Below are positions 62,737 through 64,000 of a stretch of DNA of 64,000 nt, piece by piece. This DNA is from Mytilus californianus (taxonomy: Eukaryota). The DNA is taken from assembly GCF_021869535.1 (NCBI RefSeq), contig NW_026262690.1, positions 77,996,001 to 78,060,000 of the forward strand, read 5' to 3'. A program made the translations under genes and the position numbers. Below the pieces are notes generated by a model that was not told where the DNA came from, did no database searches, and saw only the letters and a list, made by a program, of their open reading frames with translations. The stretch's first letter is position 1. Each line of letters opens with the position of its first letter.

Positions 62737-64000
62737 ATGAATTTAAGACACAGACAATTACCACTTCCTATGTTTTTAAATAATAGAGGGGGAGGGTCCC
62801 CAAGAGCTCCCTTATATAGTGTTAATTCCAATTTTTCTGACTTAACAAGAGAAAATGAGACACAATTTGTTTCAAATAGTGGATTATAAAATATGCCAAG
62901 TTTACATGGTTCTTCAAGTCAACTTACCTTGCCTGCTTTAACCAGTAATAATTCATTAAATGAACCGAGGGTGTCAATGATAAGAGACAGTGCACTGAGC
63001 ATTAATGTTCCTGTACAGAGTGCACTGAGCACAAACGTACAACACCAGAGTGCATCAAGCACATATATTCAAACTCAAGGTGCACCTAGCACATGTATTT
63101 CATCACAAAGTGCACTGAGCACTGGTCATTATACCCAAAGTGCACTGAGCACCGCTCCATATACCCATAGTGCACTGAGCACTGATCCTTATACCCAAAG
63201 TGCACTGAGCACTGGTCCATATACACAAAGTGCACTGAGCACTGGTCCATATAACCAAAGTGCACAGAGCATTGGTTCATATACCCAAAGTGCAACAAGC
63301 ACATTTATTCAAAACAGTAGCGCTTCAAACACTTATGCAAAAGTACAAGGTGTACCAAGCACATGGTCCTTTTCCACGGGAGGAATAAGCTCATCTAATG
63401 CCTCTAATCCATTTCATGATCAGACAAAAACGGCTAATATACCAAAAATCACATCGTTCAGTGACACCAGTTTCAACAGACCAATCAGCCATAATAACGG
63501 TGATGACCAACAAGGTGTATTTAAATTGAGAGAGAAAATAAGGGAAATTGAAAATGAAAGAGATTATTACAGACAGCAGAATAACCAACCAGATAATACA
63601 AGACAGCAAAATTTTCAAATTGAAAATGAAAGAGATTATTACAGATAGCAGAATAACCAACCAGATAATATAAGACAGCAAAATTTTCAATCAGAGAATG
63701 CAGGACAGCAAAATTTTCAACCAAATTATACTAGACAGCAAAACAACCAAATGAGATACCGAACAGACTCCACATCTAGCATGCAAGATAGTTATCACTC
63801 AAGACTACCATTCTACAATGGAAGAAGTGACTGGAGTACATTTCAGATGCAATTCGAAATAATTGCTGAAAGAAATAATTGGGACCCAAGACGTCAAGCT
63901 GAGGAAATATTACTGGTGCTTAAAGATGAAGCTGCAAAATTTGCATCAGAGCTACCGTATGACACAAGGAGCTCGTTTCGACTTTTATCCAAAGATATGG
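62737..64000 (+). pseudogene. gag: Gypsy gag-like ORF with two in-frame stops
   Basis: One frame runs from ATG 62737 to the window end with TAA at 62887-62889 and TAG at 63646-63648. The C-terminal part RLPFYNGRSDWSTFQMQFEIIAERNNWD...EEILLVLKDEAAKFASELP fits the Gypsy capsid pattern P.FDG...W..F..QFE..A..N.W...L...L.G.A. Contains 30-nt QSALSTGPYT repeats (~63107-63296) and a 72-nt duplication (63547-63618 / 63619-63690). Confidence 0.8.

Larger units (their letters stand above)
62198..64000 (+). mobile_element. 5' internal part of a Ty3/Gypsy LTR retrotransposon; continues beyond the right edge; 5' LTR probably within ~61650-62172, left boundary unresolved
   Basis: PBS, tandem-repeat leader and gag-like ORF in the expected order. 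pol and the 3' LTR are not in the window. Confidence 0.8.

Noticed and set aside
63086-63724. Minus-strand repetitive ORFs
   Set aside because: These are antisense translations of the gag internal repeats.

Overview
AT-rich, intron-containing, repeat-dense animal genomic DNA. The repeat families and gene types suggest a bivalve mollusc such as a Mytilus-type mussel; this is inference from recalled repeats, not a database result. Manual splicing with intron-phase checks gave five host-gene models. (1) A complete 10-exon radial spoke head gene (RSPH4A/RSPH6A family, + strand, 3968-9363, 528 aa). (2) The first coding exon of Salvador (SAV1, - strand, 3302-3392), absent from the ORF track and head-to-head with the RSPH gene, with 575 bp between start codons. 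(3) A 9-exon, phase-consistent gene (+ strand, 22733-34786, about 721 aa) joining an N-terminal DZIP3-like HEPN domain with an intact R-x4-H motif to a C-terminal TRIF/TICAM-like TIR domain; this is the most interesting object in the window. (4) A frameshifted double B-box/coiled-coil TRIM-like sequence (- strand, 40320-41152). (5) A signal-peptide plus coiled-coil exon (58969-59425) whose downstream exon was not found. Most of the rest is mobile DNA: a 5'-truncated CR1/L2-group LINE, other LINE and Penelope-like fragments, Helentron-associated (HINE-like) elements with internal tandem arrays, TIR elements, a tRNA-derived SINE, and the 5' end of a Ty3/Gypsy LTR element (tRNA-Leu PBS, gag) running off the right edge. 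No CRISPR array, rRNA gene or genuine tRNA gene was seen. Domain assignments come from visual motif recognition and need HMM or structure confirmation.
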